Positions 50,501 through 62,224 of a DNA stretch of 64,000 nucleotides are shown in pieces (the first letter of the stretch is position 1; the number at the start of each line of letters is the position of its first letter). The notes under the pieces were generated by a model. It was not told the DNA's origin. It saw only the letters and a list, made by a program, of their open reading frames with translations, and searched no databases. Origin of the DNA: Mobula hypostoma. Lineage: Eukaryota. The stretch is from the NCBI RefSeq assembly GCF_963921235.1, contig NC_086098.1, positions 61,070,001 to 61,134,000 on the forward strand, read 5' to 3'. A program made the position numbers and the translations under genes.

Positions 50501-50714
50501 GCAAAACTTAGCACAGTTTCCATCCATATAGCCAAAATTTCACTGTTTGAAGTTACCGTAATTTTAGATGAAATTTGTTGCAGTAAATTATATTCTCTGT
50601 TGAGAAAGGAAATGGTTTGCAGCTCAAAGTATAAAGTTATTATACATATTCATCGAGTACATGGTAAATACAACAGAACTGAGTTCTGAATTGTTCTATT
50701 TTTTCATTGTAAAT

Positions 50715-50832
50715 CAGAAAAGCATGCAAATGCAATTCCCCACTACCACAGATTTTGCAATCAAGTATCTCACGTTGGGGAAATTGCAGGCATGAGCACA
50801 CATGAGCCTTGTCCTGGAAGAATTACCATTCA
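50715..50832 (-). pseudogene. U1 snRNA pseudogene (about nt 30 to the 3' end; part of stem-loop II deleted)
   Basis: Minus strand gaatggtaattcttccaggacaaggctcat / gtgctcatgcctgcaatttccccaacgtgagatacttgattgcaaaatctgtggtagtggggaattgcatttgcatgcttttctg aligns to vertebrate U1 gaaggtggttttcccagggcgaggcttat / gtgctgacccctgcgatttccccaaatgtgggaaactcgactgcataatttgtggtagtgggggactgcgttcgcgctttcccctg (U1 recalled from memory); Sm site degenerate. Confidence 0.88.
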
Positions 50833-50845
50833 TGTGGTCCCCTGG

Positions 50846-52720
50846 AGAGAGTGATACAGCCATCATTGTTTGAGAGCTTCCCTATTCAACTCAGCTCCAT
50901 GTGCAGTAGCAAAGGGATCCTAGACTGTGGTCCTTCCCCACAGAGCCATTGCATTGGCTGTACCAAGTTTCAGTGCATTCCTCAGCACATAGTCCCGCAA
51001 ACTGGAATATGCCAGTTAGCAGCATTCCCTTACAGGCATCTTGCTGTGTTGTAAGACCAATAGGTCTCAAGCACACCAAAAGAACATCTTTCACCGAACT
51101 GATGACCTTCCAGTAATTCTTAATGTCTGTCTTGGTATGTAATCCTGGGACCAGTCCATAGATCAGAGAATCATCTGTTATGTAGCTGATGAACCAAGAT
51201 AAGGACCTTTGCATCCTTCCCAAACCCTCTAGGCAAATCTACAGTCCACAAAAAGGTGAGTGACAGTCTCTTCCCCACCACCACCATCCCATGGGCAGCA
51301 TGAGCTGGGGATGATATGTTATCCGTACTGGAAGGACCTGAATGGAAAGGCCTCTCACCGCCAGCCAGATAAGGTCTTGGTGTTCATTGTAAGATCTGGC
51401 AATGAGGCAATTCTGGACAATTTGCTCAGGGAATTATTCCACTGCATTTATAATAGTCCGTGTCCCACAATATCTGCAGTATATTCTATGCTGACCACTG
51501 CCTGATGAACTTGTAGTCAAGAATGTTTTCAGGTAGAACAGCAATGTCCAACTGAATGGGATGTTGTGCTACAATGGGGCCAGAACTATCCTCCGCAACA
51601 CTAGGAACAGGGAGAACCTCACTACATAGTGACACTTGGAGCCCACATACTTTGGATCTGCATAACAAGTGAATCAGCCACTCAAGATGGTCATCAGGAT
51701 GAGGCAAATGTTGGGTACACTCCCCCCCCCCGCCATTCCCTCAGGAGTTGTACATCTTGACCCATTTGACCTGTTCCATTTTGAACCCCTCAGATAAACT
51801 GGAAGACAGGTTGAGTAATTACCATGGCAGAGGAGCAGGAAACAGGCCACACCTGAGAGTACATCAGGGATGACCAAGTTTTTCCTAGTTATTGACAGAG
51901 AATACAGTTTTCAGGGACACTGTTTTTGCTTGTCCTTCCCAATCCATTGCAACCAATTCTTGTCGTGCACATCAGCCCCTCTGAACCAGATCCTCAACAC
52001 AATTAAGTAGTTGGACCTGACAGTAAAGGGAATGTTGGATCATTTGGGCCATTTGCCAAAGAGAATGGTCTTGTTCTTACCACGGTTGACTCTAGCTCCC
52101 AATGCCAATTTAAAACAGTCACAGATACTGATTAATCAGCGAAGTGACCACGGATTTGAGCAGAAGATGGCAACATCATCTATGTATGGGGAGGTTTTGA
52201 CCGTGCACTTCTATTGTCTGGCAACATCACTCCTCTTACAAATGTATTTTCACATTTTTCCTTTTGGATTTGACATAGGGTTCTTTGCAACAAACAAGAC
52301 AGGGGAGAGTGGACAACCTTACCTGACTCCAGATTGATGAGACGCAATCCGTCTCCTACCCATTGATTTGTACTGCACTATGGATATCTGTGTAGAGCAG
52401 CTGGATTTTTGATTCCATTGCCAAAACCTATTTTGGAGAGCCCATCCACGTCACATGTGTGATACCCTATCAAAAGTCTTCTCTTGTTCTAAGCCAGCCA
52501 TACAGGCATCCACCCCACTGCCCTGAACATAGGCAGTTCAAGCCAAGCAGTGCAGAAGTTTACCTGCCAAGCACAGCACAAATTTAATCCAGGTGGATCC
52601 CCTGTCCCAGAACAGACTTGATCCAGTTGGCGACAGCCTTGGACAGGATTTATAATTCACCTTCAAGAGTGAAATGTGCCTCCAATTCCTGAAGTCCTCC
52701 CTCTTCCCTTCCTATGTTAC
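50846..52720 (-). mobile_element. Tx1-clade LINE, 5'-truncated and degenerate ORF2
   Basis: Manual translation: KGKREDFRNWRHISLL, ILSKAVANWIKSVLGQGIHLD, LEQEKTFDRVSH, SGVR*GCPLSPVLF, YIDDV; C-terminus RDYVLRNALKLGTANAMALWGRTTV* (stop 50920-50922). 5' boundary approximate. Confidence 0.85.
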
Positions 52721-54789
52721 ACCAAAATTAGTTGGCTTTTTCCCAGAAATGAAGTACAGCAGACCTTGCCAGTAATTCTTATATTCCCACCATGAACTTG
52801 TAATGAAAAATATGTGAGCTGTTATAGACTGCTTCACGTTCAGGCTTGCAGAAGCAAGAATTAAAGAATTAAGATTGACAAATAATTGCATGCTTCTCTT
52901 TTACAAAGTTGGTAGTTAAAATGGTACAAAAGAAAGATAAAGAGCAGTCCTCACAATAATCAAAGCCATCAGTCAAGCAGATTTCACACTCTATTAATTA
53001 TTAAATTCTCAATACTGTTGACCCTGTTGGTACAGTCTTTCATTGTTTCTATTATGGTTATTGGATTTATTGAGTATGTCCACAAGAAAATGACTCTCAG
53101 GGTTGTATATGGTGACGTATCTGTACTTTGAAAATAAATTTACTTTTAACTTTGAACCATTGTTCTGGACATGTGATTTGAGACCACAGAGGAGAACTTG
53201 ATATTATCTATCTCCAGTGTGCTCCTGTGAACAACATGATTATAACCTTTTTTCACTAAGATATACTGTGCCATAGACGACTTGTCATTTTAATATAAGT
53301 ATCAACGAGAAGAATTCAATGCTCTTTGTCATGCTGCTGCACTCCTAACCTTCTCAAACAATTGTCGATAACAGTTTTGTCTTTAGAATTAGCCTCCCTA
53401 TAGCAGTCACCTAAGACAGTTTTAACAATAATGTGATGAATAATACCTTAATTTTAAAATATGTTAAGTCAGCGGGTGGATATATGAACATGTTTGTTGG
53501 AAGGAAAAGAAAACTATGATAACTGTTCATGAAATTGCTTCTCCAATTTTTTTTCTTCTCATATTTTTGATCTTACAATTTTATACTCTGTATGCTCTCC
53601 ATAACATTTAACCTCTCCATGTCACTGCTTCCAGCATTTCCATCTACTTTCTTTTGTTTCTCTGAGTTTGGAAATGGATTTGGTTTACTATTGCCATGTG
53701 TATTGAAATACAGTGAAATGTTTGACTTGCATAATGTTTATACTGATCAATTCATACATAGTGCACTAAGATAGACCAAGATCAACTATAACAGTACAGA
53801 ATAAAGCAACAGAGAAAGTGCAAAATCATATCATGGTAGATTGTGAGGTCAGGAATCCATCTGATCATATTAAAGAACCATTTACTAGTCTGATAACAAC
53901 AGGGTTTCTACAAGTATCCTACTACTTTCTTCTAGATATGTGACGAGACCACGGCATAGAACCTCATATAGTTTATCTCCAGCATGTTCCTGTAAACAAA
54001 GTGATTATAAACTTGATTCACAAAGCTACTATTGGGTCAAAATTAATTTTTCATTTGAATACAAGTATCAAAGAGAAGAATTCAGTTCTCTTCATCATGC
54101 TGCTGAAGTCCTAACATTTAATTATCTGATTGTCAGAAAGGTGTTATTTTAAATATTGGGCAATCTTTGTAGTTGTTTTTCAGGGCAGAGATCTCAGGTG
54201 AACTAACTGTTTCATTGATGGTTTTAGCCAATCTAGGACCACTTTATTCAATCTATATCTGCCAGGTACATTTATAAAAAGTCTACCAGATTTTCCTTGA
54301 ACAATATTTTAAATTTTTAAAAGCTGCCTTCCCCTGCATTATTAACAAATAGGTACCTAATGAACACTGATTCCATAAGTGCAGATGAACTGAATTTTAT
54401 GATTGACCTCAGCCAACAGTAAAGAGATGCTGTGAGTGTTAAAAGTTTGTTAGTACAAATAAGCTCTGCAGGTACTAATCTCAAATGCATTGGAAAGCAT
54501 ATAATTTTCAAAGGTCTGTGCAAATTGGCTATTAGCTTACATTTCCTCAAGCCGTATCTGATAATAACATTACTAATACCTGAGTTAAATGGCAAAGATT
54601 AATTATTGTTGAATGTTTTGACACAAAAACAACAATGAATTCTTTACTTTTAATAATTAAATAGGAACCATTTATCAGATATCAGTTAACTATAATGTTA
54701 GATCAATATTTCACTTACTTAATCAACTTTGTAAACTTAGAAATTAACTACAATACTCACAGTTGTAAAACAGAATGTCTAATGATAAA

Positions 54790-55992
54790 GTGAAAGCAGC
54801 AATGGATCCAGAATTGACTCAGCAGTAGGAAGCTTGATGGTAGTGGTGTTTTTCTTATTGGACGTTCGGACTAGTGGTGTTATGCAGGATCAGAGCAGGA
54901 ACCTGCATGAAAGGCAGTCTACGGCTACAGCAATGTATGCATCTGATAGCAATCTGAGCAAACATTGGAGATGGAGGTTAATCCCATCAAGTGTGAAGTG
55001 AAGCATATTAGGATGTCAAATATGACTATGACATATATAGTAAATGGTAGGATGCTAAGGAATATTGATAAACCGAGAGACCTAAGCATCTAAGTCCCAA
55101 GTTCTGTGAAAGTGGCAACATAGGTAGATAGTGAGGCAATAAATGCGTATGGCGTCCTTGCCTTCATAGGTCAGGGCATAGAAGGTAAGTTTGGATGTTA
55201 CGTTGCAACTTTACAAAATACTAGCTTGGCCACACTATGTGGATTTTTGATCACCACGTGAAAGGAAAGATGTGATTACACTGGAGAGATTGAAGATTGA
55301 AGAGGAGATTCTGCAGGATGCTGACTGGATATGAAGACCTTAGTTCAGCAGAGGGAATGAATAGGCTAGAATTGTTTTCCCTAAAGTTTAGGAGATTGAA
55401 GAGTGATTTGATAGAAGTATCTTATGAGAGGGTTAGATAGAAAGTCAGAATTTTTTTCCTGATGCAAGGGAGATCAAAAGTAAGAGGGGTTTACTCAGGT
55501 GCCTATATATCAGAATCAGAATCAGAATCAATCAGGTTTATTATCACCGGCATGTGACATGAAATTTGTTAATTTAGCAGCAGCAGTTCAAAAAAAAATA
55601 AAACATAATAATAAATAAACAAGTAAATCAATTACATATATTGAATAGATTTTTAAAAATGTGCAAAAAAACAGAAATACTGTATATTAAAAAAATTGAG
55701 GTAGTGTCGAAGGCTTCAATGTCTTTAGGAGTCGGATGGCAGAGGAGAAGCTGTTCCTGAATCACTGATTGTGTGCCTTCAGGCTTCTGTCTCTCCTACA
55801 TGATGGTAACAGTGAGAAAAGGGCATGCCCTGCGTGCTGGAGGTCCTTAGTAATAGACGCTGCCTTTCTGAGACACCGCTCCCTAAAGATGTCCCTATAG
55901 GCTGAGCACAGAAAGATATAGTCCTAACACCGGTGGACGGGATTAGTGTAGATGGGCAAAAAGGTCAGCATGGATGTGGCAGGCCAAAGGAC
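54790..55992 (+). mobile_element. Old CR1 3' fragment interrupted by a Rex1-type fragment
   Basis: Degenerate RT remnants (tagtggtgttatgcaggatcag; aagtgtgaagtg) and CR1 3' UTR 'ggccaaaggactcctgtg'. Confidence 0.7.
55508..55893 (-). mobile_element. Rex1/Babar LINE 3' fragment, same family as 10199-11291
   Basis: (aatcag)n tail and high identity to 10200-10590; 6-bp TSD cctata (55502-55507 / 55894-55899). Confidence 0.85.
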
Positions 55993-56414
55993 TCCTGTGT
56001 GTGCTGTACAAGATAGTCCTCCAAAAATAAGAAATAATTTACTGAACTAACCTATGCAGCTAAGACATATTTGGTTGGCAGTCTAAACTTTGGATGAAGA
56101 ATGGGGAAATTAATTTCCTACGACTTATGTCTAATCCTGACTCACTAATGCAACTAAAGGTTTAATTTGGATGAATCAAATAGAAGATCTAATTAATCAT
56201 ATGATTTGAAATGTGATTACAAAACTATAATAGAGTATTGCTTCAAGTACAAGCAATAATTAAAATAATTTTCTAACCTATTGCATAATAAATATATGAA
56301 ATCTCACTGACAAAACAACTTAATACAGTTATAAATAATTCCATTAAAAGAACTGCTTGAATCCCTGGCCAAAAATGAGTGAAAATTGAAGCCTAATGCT
56401 TGTATTCCTGTCAA

Positions 56415-56700
56415 CACAATTAGTGTTACCGACTGCTCTAGTGATCTGGGTTCAATCCCGACTTCCAGTCCTGTTCTGTGGAGTTTGCGCATTCTCCCTG
56501 TGACTGTCTGGATTTCCCTCATAGGCATCCCATAGTCTGATTGTGGATAGGTTAACTGGTTGTTGTAAATTGGTCGGTAGGTGTGTGGTTGAATAATCAG
56601 AGGGGAATTAATGGGTATGTGAGAGGTTATAGAAAAACGCATGAAGGAAAGTGATTACTCAAGCGAGCTCACATAGACAATGGGTAGATTGACCTTATTC
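56415..56700 (+). mobile_element. tRNA-derived SINE (V-SINE-like)
   Basis: B-box 'gggttcaatccc' and core 'tgtggagtttgcgcattctccctgtgactgtctggatttcc'. Confidence 0.7.
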
Positions 56701-58023
56701 TATTTTGTCAGGAAAGTAAGAATACTACTTAATTTTTATGCCCCATGTTGCCAATTCATTTGAAACTCATGGATTGTCATCTTTGGAAAGCCTGGTTTCA
56801 GCATAATTACAGATGATAACCATTTAATCGATTGGCTGAAATTTTCAGTAAACTAATTTAATTTGTCTATTACTTCCAGTATAATAAAATGCCCATTGGA
56901 ACTTAATAGGAGTATTATCAAAGGACAAATATAATAGTGAGCCACAGATAGAGGGTAAGGGGATGTACTCCATTTGCATGCCCATTCAACAAATTCATAT
57001 ATTAATACTCATGGGTTACCACTGACAAGTTTTCACTAAAAATGATCAATAGGCAAATGAAAAAGTATGGGGTCTGCCTTTTATTATAGTTCCTATTCCA
57101 AAGTTTATAGTTTTGTACTTGTGGAGGCAGCTTAAGGGCATTCAGATAGTATTTTCTGCCACAAGATGAAGTAGATCAATTCCTCTGATGCTCATGTGGA
57201 TCCCAACACTTAGTCGTCTAAGTTATTTTGGCACATCTCCCCATAGTTGATCAATTGTGGTGTCTGCAATGAGGAAGCTCTTGAATTTAATTTAGTATTG
57301 CCCTTTAAAGAACTACGGGCAATCTTCCTTCTCCACTTTACCTTTGCTTGACTGGTCACAATTCTCTGGTTAGACACTGGCTATATTCTTGATATGACCA
57401 GGGTACTCCTAAACTGAAGAAGCATATTAGATGCTAGAATAGTATAGGATGAACAGAGGCCCTGATTTTGGCTGTGGCACTCCCTGTTTTGAGTTTGCAA
57501 GCTTGCCAATGATGTTTAGGTTGTTGATGTTCCTTCTCATTTTCTGTGCAGTATGTGTTTTATGTGAATGTATACTCTGAATTTCTGAAGTAAACTGGGT
57601 GCACAGAGTGAGTAGACTCCCTGGGTTCCAAATATCATAAGTAACCTCATCCCACAAAAGCCAGGAGGGTGTATAGAGTCAGCTACACCCACATTCATCC
57701 ACCTCCACCGAGGTCAGTGGATGCAGAACCCCTCGCTCTCTTTCCTGTAAATAAGGCTACCCAGACTCTTTGACGACTCTTCCCCATGACATCCAAGCCT
57801 GCCAAGACCTTTTGCCTCCCCCCCCCCCCGTCAGATGAAACTGAGGCATAGGAGTGAAGGCAGAGGATATAATAACATCTAAAACTGGGGTCCAATACCT
57901 GTGAGATTGGATGAGGTGAGAGGTTTGATGAAAATGGATTGATGCAGAAAATGCTATTATCTGTTTTAAGAAAACACTATCAGGGAACTTGGAAAATCAA
58001 CATGGATTTACGAAAGGGCAAAT

Positions 58024-61000
58024 AAGACCATAAGCTGTAGGAACAGAATTAGGACATTTGGCCCATCAAGTCTGCTCTGCCACTTCACTATGGCTAATCC
58101 AACTATCCTCTCAACCCCAATCTCCTGCCTTCTCCCCATATTCCATCATCCCCTGGACAATCAAGAATCTATCAACCTATGTCTTAAATATAAATAAAGA
58201 CTTGGCCTCCACAGCTGCCTGTGGCAAAGAATTCCACAGATTCACTACTCTCTGGCTAAAGAAATTCCTCATCTCCATTCTAAAAGGACGTCCATGTACT
58301 CTGAGGCTGTCTCCTCTGGTCTTACATAGAAAACATAGACATAGAAAACCTACAGCACAATACAGGCCCTTTGGCCCACAATGCTGAGCCGAACATGTAC
58401 TTATTTAGAAATTACCTAAGGTTACCCATAGCCCTCTATTTTTCTAAGCTCCATGTACTTATCCAGAAGTCTCTTAAAAGACCCTATCATATCCGCAATG
58501 GTCTTAGACTCTCCCACCATAGGAAACATCCTCTCCACATCCACTCTATTAAGGCATTTCAACAATCAATAGGTTTCAGTGAGGTCACCCATCATTCTTC
58601 TGAATTGCAGTGAATGCAGGCCCAGAGCCATCAGACCCTCTTCATATGACAAAAATTCAATCCTGGATCGATGTGAGGCCTCACCAGTGCTTTAAAAAAA
58701 AATCTCAACATTACTTCCTTCCTTTTACATTCTAATCTTCTAGAAATGAATGCTAACATCGCATTTGACTTCCTCACCCCAGACCCAACCTGCAAACTAA
58801 CCTTTAGGAAGTCCCGCACAAGGACTCCCAAGTCCATTTGCACCTCAGTTTTTGTATTTTCTATCTATTTAGAAAATAGCCAACCCTGTCATTTCTTCTA
58901 CCTAAGTGCATGACCATATTCTTCCTAACATTGTATTCCATCTGCCATTCCCTCGTCCATTCTCCTAATCTGTCAAAGTTCTTCTGTAGCCTCGCTACTT
59001 TCTCAAAACTACTTGCACCTCCGCCTACCTCATATCTCCTGCAAAGTTTGCATCAAAGCCATCAATTCCATCATCCAAATCATTAGTCACTAGTCACCGG
59101 CCGCCAGCCAGAAAAGGCTCTCTTTATTCCCACTTTGTCTCCTGCCAATCAACCACTGCTTTATCCATGCTAGAATTAAATTTCCTGTAATACCATGGTG
59201 TCATAGCTTGTTAAGTAGCCTCATGTTGCACCTTGTCAAAGGCCTTCTGAAAATCCAAGCACACAACATCAACTGATTCTGCATTCTCTATCCTGCTTGT
59301 TAATTCTTCAAAGAATTCCAATAGATTTGTCAGGCAAGATTTTTTCCTTGAGGAAACCATACTGACTACAGCCTATTTTATCATGATTCTCCAAGTACCC
59401 TGAGACCTCACCCTTAATGATCAACACCAACATCCTCCTAACCACTGAGGTCAGACTAACTGGCAGATAGTTTCCTTTTGTCTGTCCCTCTCCCTTTTTG
59501 AAGAATGGAGTGGCATTTACAATTTTCCGGTCTTTTGGAACCATTTCAGAATCTAATGATTTTAGAAAGATCATTAATAATACCTCCATAATCTCTTCAG
59601 CCACCTCTTTCAAAACTCTACGGTGGACACCATCTGGTCCAAGTGACTTATTTACCTTCAGATTTTTCAGCTTCCCAAAAACCTTTTCTCTGGTTATAGT
59701 AACTTCACACTTCATGATCCCTGACACCTGGAACTTTGACCATACTGATAGAGTCTTCCACCATGAAGATTGAGGCAACATACTTATTCAGTTTGTCCGC
59801 CATTCCCTAGTCCTCCATTACTACCCCTCCAGCATTGTTTTCCAGTGGTCCGATAGCCACTCTCGCCTTTCTTTTACACTTTATGTATCTGAAGAAACTT
59901 TCGGTATCCAATTTAATATTATTGGCTAGCTTACTTCCATATTCTATCTTTCCCCTCTTACTAACTATTTTAGTTGCCTTCTGTTGGTTTTTAAAAGCTT
60001 TCCAATTCTCTAACTTCCCACAAATTTTTGCTCGATTATATGCCCTCTCTTTGGCTTTTATGTTGGCTTTGATTTCTCTTGTTAGCCACGGTTATGTCAT
60101 CTTTCCTTTAGAATACTTCTTCTTTGGGTTGCAAACATCCTCTGCCTTCCAAATTGCTTCCAGAAATTCCTGCCATTGCTGCTTTGCCAACATCCCTGAC
60201 AGTGTTCTTTACCAATCAATTCTGGTCAAATCCTCTCTCGTGCCTCTGTAATTCCCTTTACTCCACTGTAGTACTGATGCATCTGACATTAGCTCCTCCT
60301 TCCCAAATTCCAGGGTAAATTTTCCCTAAGAACACTTGTCCCTTAGAGTTCTTTTATCTTAAGCTCTCTAATCAATTCTGGTTCATTGCACCACACCCAA
60401 TCCAGAATAGCTGATCCTCTAGTGGGCTCAAACACGAGTTGCTCTAAAAAGCTATCTCGTAGGCACTCTAGAAATTCCCCCTCCTGGAATCCAGCACCAA
60501 CCTGATTTTTCAAATCTACCTGCATTTTGAAGTTCCCCATGACCTTTGAAACATTGCCCTTTTGGCAGCTTTTTCTATCTCCCATTGTAATTTGTAGACC
60601 ACATACTGAATACTATTTGGGGGCCTGTATACAACTCCCATCATTTTACCCTTGCAATTCCTTAGTTCTATCCACAATGTTTCAACACCTTCTGATCCAA
60701 TGTCACCTCTTTCCAATGATTAGATTTCATTTTTTTACCAATAGAGCAATGCCAGCCACTCTGCCTTTCTGTCTATCCCTTTGATACAATGTATACCCTT
60801 CTTTCAGCCATGATTCAGTGATGCCTACATCATACTTCCCAATCTGCAACTGTGCTCCAAGTTCATCTACTTTATTCTGTATACTGCACACATTCAAATA
60901 TACCTTCAGTCCTGTATTCACCTTTTTGATTTTATCCGCCTTTTACATTGCAACTTATGCTGTTGACTGCAATTTTTCCCTATCAACAGCCTCTCCTCAC

Positions 61001-61592
61001 TACACATTGCCTCTGCTTGTAAGCCAGCTACCTCGTCTACGGCACTACTATCTGCTTGAATACTTCTTGAATAGAAATATATGCAGCTCATGACACCAGT
61101 CACACTATGCTCACCTTTTTGATTCATAACTTTGTCTGAGGTCTTACCAACATCTGCCTCCGCAAATGCTCCACTAACTATTCTGGCACTCTGGTTTGCA
61201 TCCCCCTGCAACTCTAGTTTAAACCCCACTGTGCAGCATTAACAAACCTTCCGTGAGGATATTAGTCCCCTTTCCTGTTGAGGTGCAAGCTGTCCCTTCT
61301 AGACAAGTCCGACCTTCTCTTGAAGAGAGCCCAATAATCCAAAAATCTTATGCCCTCCCTCCTACACTAACCCCTTAACCACACATTAATCTGCATTAAC
61401 TTCCTGGTTCTGGCCTCTCTAGCATGAGGCATGCAAGCAATCCTGAGATCACAACCCTGGAGGTCCTGCCCTTTTAACTTAGCAACTAACTCCCTGAACT
61501 CCCTATATAGAACCTCGTCACTCGTCCTATATGGACCACTTAAGAATGCTGAGGACACGATCTGAGATACTGTATCCCAGACCCTGACACCC
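58024..61592 (-). mobile_element. Long CR1 LINE (ORF1 C-terminus, endonuclease, RT, tail), same family as the 15270-27790 host
   Basis: ORF fragments YLNVCSIQNKVDEL, VYRPPNS, GNYLPVSLTSVV; taagacca tail at 58024. Confidence 0.9.
58325..58498 (-). mobile_element. CR1 3'-terminal fragment nested in CR1
   Basis: catagaaaa tail repeats; 8-bp TSD tggtctta (58317-58324 / 58499-58506). Confidence 0.85.
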
Positions 61593-61981
61593 TTCTGGTA
61601 TTCATATCTACTGGTTACTCAATCATATTTGAGGATATAACTAGCAGGGTGAGGGCCATACAAAAGGTTAACAAAATGACTGAGTGGATGTTTATTCTCA
61701 TAGGAGGATCCAGAAGTTAGGATCATTGTTTAAAAATAAAGAACTATCTTTTCAAGATTAAGACAAAATAGAAGTTTTTTCATTGATTGGTGAAGAAGAC
61801 TCAAGGATCTGAGTACCCTTTGCCCCCAATACACTTGTTTAGGATTTGAATTTTCATTTCTAAAATCAGAGGCTCAAAGACGAGCTCCATGGGATGAATT
61901 TGCCGTGCAAGGTGCAGGGTCTAAAGTTTACAACTGCAGTGACAGCACCTCCAACAGTTTGGTTCGTGCTGAAAGAACTGA

Positions 61982-62215
61982 GGGTGGCATGGTAGTATGG
62001 CAGTAGCAGTTATTACAGTGGCAGCAATTCAATTCTCACCAATGTCTGTAAGGAATTTGTATGTTCTTCTCATGACTGTGTGGGTTTCCTCCAGATGCTC
62101 CGGTTTCCGCATCCAAAAGAGGTATGGGTTAGAAAGTTAATTGGTCACATGGGTGTAATTGGGTGGTGCAGGCTCATTGGGCCAGAAGGGCCTGTCACTC
62201 TACTGCCCCTCTAAT
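61982..62215 (+). mobile_element. tRNA-derived SINE (V-SINE-like) with CR1-type tail
   Basis: A-box-like 'tggcatggtag', core 'gtgggtttcctccagatgctccggtttcc', tail 'gggccagaagggcctg'. Confidence 0.75.
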
Positions 62216-62224
62216 CAGAGAGAA

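Noticed and set aside
54255-54272. Minus-strand 'tacctggcag' resembling the U1 5' end, a possible other half of the Tx1 target
   Set aside because: Only a 10-nt match, about 1.5 kb from the Tx1 5' end, with no extension or PSE; compatible with chance.
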